A stretch of 64,000 nt of DNA from Candidatus Melainabacteria bacterium 17Bon1m (GTDB taxonomy: Bacteria > Cyanobacteriota > Vampirovibrionia > Obscuribacterales > Obscuribacteraceae): contig JAVLKG010000007.1 of the NCBI GenBank assembly GCA_032128875.1, positions 256,001-320,000 on the forward strand. The letters are read 5' to 3'. The notes under the pieces were generated by a model. It ran no database searches. It worked only from the letters and a program-made list of their open reading frames with translations, and was not told the DNA's origin. Positions 28,992 through 39,701 of this stretch are shown in pieces; the stretch's first letter is position 1, and the number at the start of each line of letters is the position of its first letter. The translations under genes were made by a program, and so were the position numbers.

Positions 28992-29792
28992 ATGGGATTT
29001 GTTGCAGAGTTCAAAAAATTCGCCTTGCGCGGAAACCTTATGGACATGGCGGTCGGATTCACAGTGGGCGCCGCTTTTAGCACCATTGCCAAATCGCTGG
29101 TAGACAACGTGATTATGCCGCCGGTTGGTTTGGCGATTGGCAAAGCCGACTTCTCAGACTTCTATGTATTACTCAAGGCGGGCACCAAAGTGGCGCCTCC
29201 TTACGCGACTTTGGAAAAGGCACAGGCAGCTGGAGCTGTAACACTTAACTATGGTTTATTTATCAACAGCGTTATCGCATTTTTGCTTGTCGCTCTGGCG
29301 ATGTTCGTCATCATCAGAGTGTTCAACAAATTGGACAAGAGCCTGGAGCATTCATTCCTTACATCAAATGTTGAAGAAGGCAAAGAGCCCGAGAACAAGA
29401 AGTGTCCGTACTGCGTCTCTACAGTTCCCTTTAAGGCTGTACGCTGTCCTTTCTGTTGCTCTGATTTAGCCGATGAGCAGAAAATACTGACTGAATCGAA
29501 AGTCGGTCAGGAGGTCGTTGCGAAGGCGCAGGCTGCTCTTGCTGAGAGCGAGGCGGCGGCTGCCGAGGCTGCTAAAGGTATCGACGACGAGGACAAGGCA
29601 AAAGTTGTCGCTGCGAAAGCGAAGGAAGCGGCTGAGAAGGCACACAATATGCCGATTGCACCAGAACTCGTTCTTGCAAAGGCCTGCGGGGAGGAAGTCT
29701 GTCAACCTGAAAAGAATGGTGATGGTGCGCAAAAAGAGGTGAAGATGATCGAAACATCGAAACCTCCGGCAGATGCGCGAAAAAGCGCTTAG
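28992..29792 (+). CDS. mscL: Large-conductance mechanosensitive channel with zinc ribbon and long C-terminal tail
   Basis: EFKKFALRGNLMDMAVG, SLVDNVIMPPVG, LNYGLFINSVIAF; CPYC..CPFC. Confidence 0.95.
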   Translation: MGFVAEFKKFALRGNLMDMAVGFTVGAAFSTIAKSLVDNVIMPPVGLAIGKADFSDFYVLLKAGTKVAPPYATLEKAQAAGAVTLNYGLFINSVIAFLLVALAMFVIIRVFNKLDKSLEHSFLTSNVEEGKEPENKKCPYCVSTVPFKAVRCPFCCSDLADEQKILTESKVGQEVVAKAQAALAESEAAAAEAAKGIDDEDKAKVVAAKAKEAAEKAHNMPIAPELVLAKACGEEVCQPEKNGDGAQKEVKMIETSKPPADARKSA

Positions 29793-29831
29793 TTCGCCGC
29801 GGCGCATGGCTTTCCTCTCAATGAGAGTTGT

Positions 29832-30500
29832 TTAGTGAACTTCAACAACTGTGTCTCCGGCCAAGACATAGATACGTTCGCTGCCTGTCGGTTCTAAGTC
29901 TGCACAGCCGGTAAAGCTTCCGAATGCAGGCAAAGTGCCGATGTGGTCGTCAAAAACGTAGCACGGCAGCCTCAGACTCTTTTGTCCGGCGCCGTGTAAT
30001 CGCACAGCAGGATGGGTATGCCCGCACAAAACGTACCCCGCGGAGTCTTTCTCTGGGTGGTGTTTGAGTGCGAATGGCTGCATGACTAGCGGTTCTTCCA
30101 CGATATCGAGGCGCATCAATTCCGCAATCGATGGAATTTTTCTATCGTGATTACCGCGGACAAGTGTGATTTTAATTTCGCTATGATGCTCTCTCCATGC
30201 CAGTATCAAGGAGCAGGTTCTGTCTGTCAGTCCACGTTTGTTGTGTACGAGATCGCCTAGAAAAATCAAATGTTCAGCGCCCGTCTTAACGATCAGTTCT
30301 GACAAGGCCTGCAAATCCTTTTCTGTGGTTCCTGTTGGAACCGCGATGTTGTGTGCGCGAAAAGTGGCTGCTTTACCGAGGTGTGCGTCGGCCACCAGCA
30401 GAGTTTTATTCTTCTGCCAGTAAATTGCACGTTGAGGCAGAAGAATCAATGATTCGCCTTGAATTTCTATTTCGAGGTGTCCACTAATTTTTGTTTGCAT
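29832..30500 (-). CDS. pdeM: Ligase-associated DNA damage response endonuclease (metallophosphoesterase)
   Basis: ADAHLGK, LGDLVH, RGNHD, GHTHP, LPAFGSFTG; operon context. Confidence 0.9.
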   Translation of the reverse strand: MQTKISGHLEIEIQGESLILLPQRAIYWQKNKTLLVADAHLGKAATFRAHNIAVPTGTTEKDLQALSELIVKTGAEHLIFLGDLVHNKRGLTDRTCSLILAWREHHSEIKITLVRGNHDRKIPSIAELMRLDIVEEPLVMQPFALKHHPEKDSAGYVLCGHTHPAVRLHGAGQKSLRLPCYVFDDHIGTLPAFGSFTGCADLEPTGSERIYVLAGDTVVEVH

Positions 30501-30502
30501 TG

Positions 30503-33205
30503 TTAGGAGACTTTAGAACCCTGCTCTTGTGCGGCTTTTTTCAACATTGTCTTCTGTGTGATTTTCGTTTTTGCGATCGGTGTGCGAGTAGCTTTTGGTG
30601 GTTTTTTCGTCAGGGCTAATTGCATGCGTGACACCCGTTGTGCGATTGTTTCAGAACTCACTTTGCCTCTCCACGATTCGACTAAGAGCGGCAGTGCCAT
30701 TGGAGATGGGCGTTGCAGTTCAACTGAAATCAGACGACTTTTCGACAATCGTTTCATCGCATTGCGCAAGCGACTCTCTTCCAGTTGCTGCTCCAAGACC
30801 TCTCTTTGAGCTTGATGCAGCAATAGATTCTCAGGATCGTATTCGGAGAAAACATCGAATAAAAGCCCGCTCGATACCTGCACTTGGCGGCTTGTTTTGG
30901 ATTTGCCTGGATAGCCGGAGAAGACGAGACCGGCAACCCGAGCGATTTCGCGAAAGCGTCGACGAGCCATCTCTGAGGCATTCATGCTACGCAGAATGTC
31001 GTCGGCTAGGTTTTCCGGATTGAACAAGTGGTGCTCGGAAAGCATTTCGACAGGAATATCGATGTTTGAAACCATCTCAAAGCCATAATCGTTGATGGAC
31101 AAACTGAACGTTGCCGGAGTGAGTCGAGACATGCGATATGCAAGCAGTGCAGCCAGCCCTTCGTGTACGAGCCTTCCTTCGAATGGATAAATGAAGAGGT
31201 GATAGCCTTCGCGCGACTGCATGTGCTCGACGAGAACAGACTTTTCATCAGGTATTTGCGACCAGGTCTCTTGCAATCTCAAGAGCGGCTCGACCAGTTT
31301 CATTTCCTCTGATTCGTATCTGCCTTGCGCGGTAATGCCGAGCTCCTCACGTACAGCTTCGGAAAGTTCTGAAGACAAAGGCATGCGCCCGCCCATCCAG
31401 CGTGGCACAGTTCCGCCTTTTGCAGGAGCCAGTCGGACAAATGCTTTCATGTCTTTTGTGCGGACGAGTTCTAAACATCTTCCTGCAAAGACGAAGCGGT
31501 CGCCCGGTCGCAAGCGCGCAATGAATGATTCTTCGAGCGATCCGATGCGCTCTCCCGACATGAAGACGACATTCATGCTGTCGTCACTGGTGATTGTTCC
31601 TATCGACATACGATGTCTTTGACGCACGGAGTCACTCTCGACAATGTAGTACCCATCGTACTCTTGTACCTTGCAGTACTCGGGGTATGCACCCAGTGCG
31701 CGCCCACCCTTAGTAATGAAATTGAGCACCCAATCGAATTCGATGTCGCTCAAGTTTCTGTACGAGTAAGCGCTGCGAATTTCCGCAACAACGCTTTCCA
31801 ACCTGAATCCGCCACCGACGGCAAGTGTGACCAAATGTTGGCTGAGCACGTCCAGGGGTTTTGGCAACGGTCTTCTCGATTCTATTTTTTCTGCTGCCAA
31901 TGCCTTTCTCGCAGCCGCAAATTCCACAATTTCGAATGCGTGTGTCGGTACACAAACCACCGAGCTGAGAGCGCCCGGTTTGTGTCCGCTTCGACCGGCA
32001 CGTTGAAGCAAGCGTGCTACACCTTTGGCACTGCCGAGCTGCAAGACCTGCTCTACCGGGGCGAAGTCGACGCCGAGGTCAAGGCTTGAAGTACAAACAA
32101 CGCAGCGCAATTTGCTGTCCCGCACTGCATCTTCTACGAATTTGCGCGTCTCTCGATCTAGTGAACCATGATGCAGCGCGATTTCTCCGGCCCATTCCGG
32201 TCGGACTATAAGCAGTGCTTGGTACCACATTTCACACTGGGAGCGTGTATTGGTAAACACCAGCGATGTTTTCGCTTTTTCGATTGTTTGAGCGACTTGC
32301 TCCACCATGGGCAAGCCGAGGTGCCCCGCCCATGGGAAATTCTCCACTGATTCCGGCAGCAGTGATACAAAGCTGATTTCTTTGTCGATGTTTGACGTAA
32401 TGCGGCGGGTCGTGCTGGCATTGATTCCGCACAGTGTGTGCATAGCCTCGTCTGTATTGCCCAGGGTTGCGGACATTCCCCACGTTCGCAGATTAGGATT
32501 GAGCACTCGCAATCGAGCAAGCGCCAGCTCTGTCATTGTGCCGCGCTTTGTTCCCATGAGTTCATGCCATTCATCAACTACTACGAGTTTTAAATTCGCA
32601 AACATCTTCTGATTGTCTGCGTATGAAAGCAGCAGCGACAGACTCTCGGGTGTTGTGATCAAAGCCGAAGGCAATTCTTTCTTTTGGCGAGCTTTGATGC
32701 TTGCAGAGGTATCACCGGTGCGTGTTTCCAGCGACCAATTCAGAGATAATCCGTCCAGCATCTCTCGCAATGACTTTTCTGTGTCGCCGGCAAGTGCACG
32801 CAGTGGAGTCAACCAGAGCACTGTTAGTGGTGGCGTCGTGACTTCTGTAGCGCCACTAGAAAGCGACTCCTCAAGCCATTCGATCAGTGGTGCCGGCCAG
32901 ATGGCGAAGGTTTTTCCTGTGCCGGTAGATGAATGAATCAATCCACTTTCGCCTTTTAGATACGCGTCCCATGTTTCCTTCTGGAATTGAAACGGCTCCC
33001 AGCCTTGCCGCGAAAACCAGTCTTCGACAAGCTCTCGCCCTCCGCTTGTTTGCTTGCTGATACTCTCTAGTGCAACAGTAGTTGTGCGTTTCTTTCTGCT
33101 GTTGCTTGGTTTGCGCGAAAGCTCCTCCCTTTTTCGTTGAAGCTCTTCTCTCTTCTTGAACATGTTTGGTCGCTTTCTTCGCCTATTGCCCATCGGTTCG
33201 TTCAT
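30503..33205 (-). CDS. Ligase-associated DEXH-box helicase (Lhr-core)
   Basis: TGTGKT, TPLRAL, VDEWHEL, SAT, LHHGSL, QRAGRSGH. Confidence 0.93.
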   Translation of the reverse strand: MNEPMGNRRRKRPNMFKKREELQRKREELSRKPSNSRKKRTTTVALESISKQTSGGRELVEDWFSRQGWEPFQFQKETWDAYLKGESGLIHSSTGTGKTFAIWPAPLIEWLEESLSSGATEVTTPPLTVLWLTPLRALAGDTEKSLREMLDGLSLNWSLETRTGDTSASIKARQKKELPSALITTPESLSLLLSYADNQKMFANLKLVVVDEWHELMGTKRGTMTELALARLRVLNPNLRTWGMSATLGNTDEAMHTLCGINASTTRRITSNIDKEISFVSLLPESVENFPWAGHLGLPMVEQVAQTIEKAKTSLVFTNTRSQCEMWYQALLIVRPEWAGEIALHHGSLDRETRKFVEDAVRDSKLRCVVCTSSLDLGVDFAPVEQVLQLGSAKGVARLLQRAGRSGHKPGALSSVVCVPTHAFEIVEFAAARKALAAEKIESRRPLPKPLDVLSQHLVTLAVGGGFRLESVVAEIRSAYSYRNLSDIEFDWVLNFITKGGRALGAYPEYCKVQEYDGYYIVESDSVRQRHRMSIGTITSDDSMNVVFMSGERIGSLEESFIARLRPGDRFVFAGRCLELVRTKDMKAFVRLAPAKGGTVPRWMGGRMPLSSELSEAVREELGITAQGRYESEEMKLVEPLLRLQETWSQIPDEKSVLVEHMQSREGYHLFIYPFEGRLVHEGLAALLAYRMSRLTPATFSLSINDYGFEMVSNIDIPVEMLSEHHLFNPENLADDILRSMNASEMARRRFREIARVAGLVFSGYPGKSKTSRQVQVSSGLLFDVFSEYDPENLLLHQAQREVLEQQLEESRLRNAMKRLSKSRLISVELQRPSPMALPLLVESWRGKVSSETIAQRVSRMQLALTKKPPKATRTPIAKTKITQKTMLKKAAQEQGSKVS

Positions 33206-34833
33206 TGAGAGCTGCCTCCGTTAATGAGAGAGGACAGCGTTTCGAGTGAATCAGCTTCTTGCATCGGCTTGTCCGTGCGCCATCTGGCGATGCGGGGGAA
33301 ACGCACTGCTACACCGGATTTGTGGCGGGGGGAATGTTGGATGCCTTCGAAGGCAATTTCGAAAACCAGCTCTGGCTTTACGGTGCGAACCGGTCCGAAT
33401 TTCTCCAAGGTGTTCTGCCGTATGAATGCATCGACTTGGCGAATTTCGGCGTCATCCAGCCCGGAATAAGCTTTTGCGACAGGTACTAGTTTGCCGTCGT
33501 GCCAGACGCCGAATGTGTAATCGGTGTAAAGACTCGCTCGTTTGCCGTGTCCCCGTTGTGCGTAGATGAGCACGGCGTCGATGGAAAACGGATTCACTTT
33601 CCACTTCCACCAGTCGCCTTTGCGTCTCCCGACACCGTACGCGGAATCGGCACGCTTGAGCATAATGCCTTCCACTTTCAAATCGCGACTGTTTGTGCGC
33701 GATTCGGCGAGTTCGTCCCAGGTGGCAACCATAAGGCTTGGCGATACACGAAATATCGGATTCATTTGTCCTCGACAGCTTGGTGCTGCATCGAGAGCGC
33801 CAGGCGTCAGGAGTTGCACCAGCATTTTTCGACGTTGGCTCATTGGCTGGCTGCGCACGTCAATGCCGTTGTGCTCGAGAATGTCGTAAGCCATCAGGGC
33901 TACTGGAATTTCTTGCAATAGTTTTTTGCTTAGCGATTTGCGTGTGATGCGCTTTTGCAGAAGGTTGAACGGCAGCACTTCTCCTTCTGCCCAAGCAAGA
34001 ATCTCTCCGTCAATCACTGTTCCATCCGGTAATTGCTCGGCTGCCTCCATAAGCTCCGGGAAGCGCTCGCTGATAAGTTCTTCGCCCCGTGACCAGATGA
34101 ATGTTTTTCCTTCTCGCCGAATTAACTGCGAGCGAATACCGTCCCACTTCCACTCCGCCAGCCAATCCGAAATTTCGCCAAGTGCCTCCGGCTCTTGCTC
34201 GAGCGGATAGGCGAGGTAGAAGGGATATGGTCTGCTGGCGTCGGCGTCTTGAGTGTCGGAAGAAAATAGTCCAGTGAAAAACTCTTCAGTGGGGCTCCAG
34301 TCGCCCATCAAGCGATGCGCGATCGTCGGCTCGTCAACGCCGGACGTTTTGCTCAGAGCCTTAACCACGAGGAGTTGCGACACTCCAATGCGAAAGCTGC
34401 CTGTGATGATCTTGTTCATCACCAAACGTTCCGATGTGGAAAGCTCATTCCAATATTTGACCAAAAGTTGTTTCTGCTCTGCCTCTGGTTTTGAACGCAA
34501 CGGCATGAGGCGGTCTTCCACCCATTCTCTGAGTGGAACATCAGAATTGTTGGTTGGCGGGGGCAAGAGCAGAGCGATTGTTTCTGCCAGGTCTCCAACT
34601 GCATCGTATGACTCTCCGAAGAGCCAGTCGGAGAGCCCGGCCTGTTCTTTGACGCACTCAGCCAAACGTGCAGTCGGAACAAGCTGTCTGAGTTTTCTGC
34701 CAGTCAATAAATACACTGTCCATGCGCCATCTGCTGGTGTGCAGGTAGAGAAATACTCGCTCATGGCGGTGACTTTTTCCGTTGTTTTTGTTGTTTCGTC
34801 CAGAGCGACGAAAAGTCTGGTGAAGTGCTTCAT
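33202..34833 (-). CDS. ATP-dependent DNA ligase
   Basis: EWKWDGIR motif I, DGEI, EGIMLK, WWKWK, VRFPRI. Confidence 0.95.
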   Translation of the reverse strand: MKHFTRLFVALDETTKTTEKVTAMSEYFSTCTPADGAWTVYLLTGRKLRQLVPTARLAECVKEQAGLSDWLFGESYDAVGDLAETIALLLPPPTNNSDVPLREWVEDRLMPLRSKPEAEQKQLLVKYWNELSTSERLVMNKIITGSFRIGVSQLLVVKALSKTSGVDEPTIAHRLMGDWSPTEEFFTGLFSSDTQDADASRPYPFYLAYPLEQEPEALGEISDWLAEWKWDGIRSQLIRREGKTFIWSRGEELISERFPELMEAAEQLPDGTVIDGEILAWAEGEVLPFNLLQKRITRKSLSKKLLQEIPVALMAYDILEHNGIDVRSQPMSQRRKMLVQLLTPGALDAAPSCRGQMNPIFRVSPSLMVATWDELAESRTNSRDLKVEGIMLKRADSAYGVGRRKGDWWKWKVNPFSIDAVLIYAQRGHGKRASLYTDYTFGVWHDGKLVPVAKAYSGLDDAEIRQVDAFIRQNTLEKFGPVRTVKPELVFEIAFEGIQHSPRHKSGVAVRFPRIARWRTDKPMQEADSLETLSSLINGGSSQ

Positions 34834-35948
34834 TCCTGCACCTCAATTTTGTAGTCGGCAGTTTCTGTTTCATCTGCGGAATCTCTTACATCTCCAAAAG
34901 CAGCGTCCCCTGCGGGTTTGAAATCTGGATCAGTACTAGTTTCCTCTGCAGCAGATGTTTCTTCCTCGCCTTCGTATTGAGTCGATAGCGTGCCGGCGTT
35001 AAGCCCCTGGTCCTGCAAATAGCGAACGAGAATTTGTGAGTAGCCGTGCGTGACGAGTATATTTTCAGCACCGGTGAGATGAATAGCTTTCAGCAAGGAC
35101 TGCCAATCGCAGTGGTCGGAGACGGGAAAGCCTTTGTCCAGTGAGCGCCTGCGGCGAATGCCTCGCACGCGCATCCAGCCGGATGCGAAGGCGGCAGAGA
35201 CTGGATTGAGTTGCCTTTGCCAGGGTGTGCCATATGCCGAAGGCGGAGCTAAAACAAGCGCACCTGCGAACTTTGTGCCCCGCGTCATTGACGATAGCCG
35301 TGCAGTTTCGGGCAGCGCGACGCCGGAACTCAAATATACTTGATTCAGTGATTCCACTGCGCCGTGAGTGTAAATTGGTCCGATTGAAGTGTCGACGCCT
35401 TTGAGCAGCCGCTGTGCTTTCCCGAGCGCGTATGCCAGCAGCAGGCTCGTCTTTCCATCTCGCTTGTTTTTCTCCCACCAGGCATTGATGTCGGTGAAGA
35501 GTTCGTCATTGGATTGCCACGCATAGATTGGCAGGCCGAAAGTCGACTCTGTGATAAACGTATGGCAGCGAACAGGTTCGTACGGCGCGCAGGTCGGGTC
35601 CGGGTCGAGTTTGTAGTCGCCAGAAACCGCCCAGACTTCGCCCTTTCGCTCAACACGAATTTGCGACGAGCCCAGTATGTGCCCGGCGGGGTGGAACGAG
35701 ACGGTGGTGTCATTGAGAGTGAGTTTTTGCCCGTAGGGGACGGATTCAATCGGCGCTTCCTGGCCGATGCGATGGCGTAACACCTTGGCGCCCGGCTCGG
35801 CGCAGAGGTATTTGTTGCTGCCCCAGCGCGCATGGTCCGAATGGGCATGCGTCACGATTGCGCGCTCGACTGGGCGCCACGGGTCGATGTAAAAATCGCC
35901 TGCCTCGCAGTAAAGTCCCTTGTCGGTGGCGTAAATAAGCTTACTCAC
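34830..35948 (-). CDS. Ligase-associated DNA damage response exonuclease (MBL fold)
   Basis: THAHSDH, PAGHILGS, SGDYK, ESTFGLP, SDHCD. Confidence 0.92.
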   Translation of the reverse strand: MSKLIYATDKGLYCEAGDFYIDPWRPVERAIVTHAHSDHARWGSNKYLCAEPGAKVLRHRIGQEAPIESVPYGQKLTLNDTTVSFHPAGHILGSSQIRVERKGEVWAVSGDYKLDPDPTCAPYEPVRCHTFITESTFGLPIYAWQSNDELFTDINAWWEKNKRDGKTSLLLAYALGKAQRLLKGVDTSIGPIYTHGAVESLNQVYLSSGVALPETARLSSMTRGTKFAGALVLAPPSAYGTPWQRQLNPVSAAFASGWMRVRGIRRRRSLDKGFPVSDHCDWQSLLKAIHLTGAENILVTHGYSQILVRYLQDQGLNAGTLSTQYEGEEETSAAEETSTDPDFKPAGDAAFGDVRDSADETETADYKIEVQE

Positions 35949-36233
35949 AACCCTAATTTAAGCGTCTTGTCTGACCAGTTGGTGAACACGTCATTCTTTG
36001 ATCAGTTTTTGTTGCCTCGTTTGCTGCCTCGATGAAATGACAGAGTTGGTCGATGCTTGTTCCTTATACTAAAGAAAACAGTAGAGATCGGCGAAAAAAT
36101 GAAAACGGTCGATTCTGTCGGGGTTTTCGAGCCCAGAGCAAAATCGACCGTTTCGTTGAAGTGGAGGGGTGCGAATTGGAAAACAAACTCGTTAGAGCTG
36201 TTTTCAGAAATCGCGCATTGCCGTCAGTCGATG

Positions 36234-36629
36234 CTACTTGCCGCATGTGCAAGTGCATTTACCGCAAGGCAGATAGACAGGCGATGACGTCGGCTCCGGA
36301 AGTTTTGCAGCTTCGGGGTTGCGAACGTCTGACTGCCTGGTGCCCGTGTGGGGGACTTCGGCGACAGGAGCTGAGGCTTGAGCGTTTTCCTGGGAAACAT
36401 CAGCAGAGACAGACGCCGAGACTTTGTCTTCAGCAGTCTTTCGCTTTCTGGGTTTCCTGGGAGGTTTGCCCGCCGCTTGCTCCAAGATTTCCTTCGCATA
36501 CTTTGCACAGGTGCCGCACTGAGTTCCGACCTTGAGTTCTTGGGTCATCTTCTTCCAGGCGCAGCCGTGCTGTTTTGCGAATTCTTTGATCATGCCGTCG
36601 GTGACGGCGTGGCAGCTACATATCCACAT
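36234..36629 (-). CDS. Bfd-like [2Fe-2S] protein with C-terminal extension
   Basis: MWICSCHAVT ... VGTQCGTC; GAGGA SD. Confidence 0.85.
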   Translation of the reverse strand: MWICSCHAVTDGMIKEFAKQHGCAWKKMTQELKVGTQCGTCAKYAKEILEQAAGKPPRKPRKRKTAEDKVSASVSADVSQENAQASAPVAEVPHTGTRQSDVRNPEAAKLPEPTSSPVYLPCGKCTCTCGK

Positions 36630-37439
36630 AGCATTTTCCTCTGCTTAACGAGCGCGGCGCCTAATGTTTCCGTGCAGGAATCAATAACGGCAGCTTTACC
36701 CAAAATCAAAATCGGTTCTTCTGGCAGTGACCGGTCGAGTCGCAGCTATGCCAACGAGATTTCCAACTTGCACGTCGGTTGCACTCCGCAAGGCGGATAA
36801 CTAAATGCAAGGCTGGAGCGTCGGTGTTGCGGTCTGTGTTGAGGTCTTGAAGTCGGAGGTGAAAAAGAAGAACGCTATTACCCTAGAAGATCTCTTCTGG
36901 AATTCAAAAAGCGCTGTACGGGTTTAACAAAGCTCAAGACTGTAATCCTGTCTGGAAAAACGTTTCCGGCTTTTACCGGAGCCAAAATCAAGGAAAACTC
37001 TGAGCCAAAGCTAATTGATAACAGACTCGCGCGTTAGCTCATTTGTGTGCATCGCGTTACTTTGTAACGGACCATTTCATGCTGTGCCAGCTTTCGCGGT
37101 CTCTTGACATAAATTGCGCGCACGAGCCGGTTCATGAGTTTTCAAATCGGCGACTGCGAGATTCTCAACAGGAGTAAAACATGATTGAACAAATTGCTCT
37201 TACTGATAGAGCCAGGTCAGGATTTTCTGCAAAACAGGACGCCAAAGCCCGGGGTCAAAGCGGCAATATAAATGTAGCGCCGAATGCTCTTTTTCAAGGA
37301 CTGGTATGCGTTTTGCGGGTTTCAAAGGGTTTCGTGTTTTCCCCATTGAAAGCGGAAGGGCAAACTTTCATACTGCTGTCATCGCATAGGCTGAATGCGA
37401 TGCCATCCTCCCTCCTAAAAATCTCACGGTATTAAAAAC

Positions 37440-39701
37440 ATGGTAGAACAAACCTCTGCGCTCGGCAGGGGTCAGCAGTCTGCTGCCCTCGACGTGCCAT
37501 CCAATCAGCCCGAAAAGTCTTCCAACATAATCAATGAATTCGCCTCCGGAGTCTGGCAAGGCTCAGTAACCAACAAGGTGAACGGAGTAGCTCAACTGTT
37601 CGGCGCCGACGTCAAAACGCCGGAAGTAAAACGAAACACCGCACAGACAGTGGCTCACACTGCAGGTGAAGTGACCGGCGACTTGATCGACTTCATGATC
37701 ATGACCAAATTCGCTGGCAACGCTCTCGCCAAATTCGCACCCGAAATCGCAGCAACCAGCAAGGTTGGCGAGTATGTTGCACTCAATCCAGTCGGACGCA
37801 ATATGGCTGTTGGTGGAACAGTGGGTCTCGTCAACGGCATGATCTTGACGCCTACAAAAGAAGGCGAAAGCGGTTGGAACAGACTCGGTCGTGGCGTCAC
37901 AGATGCTGCCACCTTTGCCACTCTTGGTGGTGTCGCTACAAAACTCGCGCCGATGGCTGAAGGAACAGGCTTCATGGGTCGCATGAAGATGAACGCCTAC
38001 TCCGGTGCCGCCGCCGGTGTAGTCAACTCCGAAGTCGATGGTTTGACGCACGGACGTCAGGTCGGGCTCGGTGAGATGGCGACCAACACCGCCGCCTGGA
38101 CACTCGGTAACGTCGCATTCGGTGAAGCACTCCACGGACTCGGCGCTGCCAGCAAGAAATTCATGCCGAAGCATGAGCCTTTCGAAGCTAGCGTGAGCAA
38201 TATGTCTGGTCTGAAAGACTGGGAAGTCAACGTCATGAAACGGGACATCGAAGCTGCCAGAGCCAAGGTTGCTGCCAGCACTGGCGCGTCCGAAGCTGCT
38301 GCAAGCACCGGCGCCACCGCCGAAGCTACAGTGATGAGAAGTGTGGCGCACGAACCGCAAGATCCGAAGTTGCTCGAAGGAATTCGCGCAGCGTCTAAGG
38401 GTCACGTCGAAGACGGACATTCGCATGGCGCCGGCAAAGGCGATTTCAAATCGGTAGTCGAAGAAGGAGCAGCGGTAGATCCTGCCAATCCGCGCCGACT
38501 TCAACCTGGCGAGTCTGCCAAAGTCACTGAAGTAAACGGCGGAGAGCCTGTCGATGGCGCACGCGGTGAGAATACTCTTCCCGCCCTGCGTGTAGCAGTT
38601 GCTCCCAAAGAAGGCGAAGTAAAAGTTGCTGTTGAAGGCGACGCTGCCGGTGCTAAGAAGGGCGAAGGCGTTGAAGGCGAAGTCGCGCAGACAAGAGATC
38701 GCACTCGCAACAACGTCATGCTCGACAAGGGCGAAACCTTGAGTATGAGAGAGCTGTACGCTAAAAATCCTGATGAAGCAGACAAACTACTTGCAGAATA
38801 CATGGGCAAACTCGAGAAAGCATTCCCTCTGGAAGGAGAAATCGAGTCGGCTGCAGTCTACAAAGAGTATCTCACCAAGCCGGGCGGAACCTGGGATATG
38901 GTGGTTCTCAGAGACAAAGCGCAGAACATCGTCGGCGGTATTCAGTATCAAGTCATCGATGTAAACGGTCAGCAGATCGGCAAAGCCGCATGGGGCGAGC
39001 ACATCTGGTTGGATGAAGCTTCCAGAAATGCGCCCAACTTCTACGGCTTGCTCAGCATCGCTCGCGAAAGCATTCAAAAAGCGAAAGGCGAAATCGTCTT
39101 CATGGAGTTCAACAACCCAGATAAGATGAGCGTCGAGCAAATGCTCATGGACGAGGCTGCCGGACTATCTGCCAAAGACAGAGAAAAAATCTGGGGTCGC
39201 ACAGGCATTCACGTGCTCGTGGACAGCAAAGGAAAGGTTCTCGAGTATGGTCAACCGGCGATGTCCTCTGAGGATCCGCCCGTTATGTTCCTCTCGCTCG
39301 GTTTCATCTCGACCAAGCCCCTGGGCGGTCAGATGTTGCCGAAAGAAGACTACCTCAAGCTCATGCATGCCGCACACAAGACCATTCCGTCGGTCAATAT
39401 CGAAACTGACGCGACCGTGAAGTGGTACACCGATGCAGTCAATGCGACGGGCGAAAATGCTTTTACCTATGTTCCGTTGAACGCATTGGGAATTGCTCGC
39501 GAGGCTGGTCAAAAGGCTGCTCAAGAAGCGATGCAGAGAGAAACTGCAAAGCACATCGCCAAAGTAATGAGCACGACAGAGCTGAAGGATGCGATCGCCA
39601 AGCTGGTCGCAGAAAACAGAGCAACGCCGGAAGCGCTGCAAGCTCTCGTCGAGCAAGCTGCATTGCAATCAATGCTGGCTGGCGCACGCAAAGGAAAATA
39701 G
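37440..39701 (+). CDS. Large protein: Gly-rich hydrophobic N-terminus and C-terminal GNAT-like domain
   Basis: AFP..E, IVGG, VFMEF..P, REKIWG, YGQP..PV pattern. Confidence 0.65.
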   Translation: MVEQTSALGRGQQSAALDVPSNQPEKSSNIINEFASGVWQGSVTNKVNGVAQLFGADVKTPEVKRNTAQTVAHTAGEVTGDLIDFMIMTKFAGNALAKFAPEIAATSKVGEYVALNPVGRNMAVGGTVGLVNGMILTPTKEGESGWNRLGRGVTDAATFATLGGVATKLAPMAEGTGFMGRMKMNAYSGAAAGVVNSEVDGLTHGRQVGLGEMATNTAAWTLGNVAFGEALHGLGAASKKFMPKHEPFEASVSNMSGLKDWEVNVMKRDIEAARAKVAASTGASEAAASTGATAEATVMRSVAHEPQDPKLLEGIRAASKGHVEDGHSHGAGKGDFKSVVEEGAAVDPANPRRLQPGESAKVTEVNGGEPVDGARGENTLPALRVAVAPKEGEVKVAVEGDAAGAKKGEGVEGEVAQTRDRTRNNVMLDKGETLSMRELYAKNPDEADKLLAEYMGKLEKAFPLEGEIESAAVYKEYLTKPGGTWDMVVLRDKAQNIVGGIQYQVIDVNGQQIGKAAWGEHIWLDEASRNAPNFYGLLSIARESIQKAKGEIVFMEFNNPDKMSVEQMLMDEAAGLSAKDREKIWGRTGIHVLVDSKGKVLEYGQPAMSSEDPPVMFLSLGFISTKPLGGQMLPKEDYLKLMHAAHKTIPSVNIETDATVKWYTDAVNATGENAFTYVPLNALGIAREAGQKAAQEAMQRETAKHIAKVMSTTELKDAIAKLVAENRATPEALQALVEQAALQSMLAGARKGK

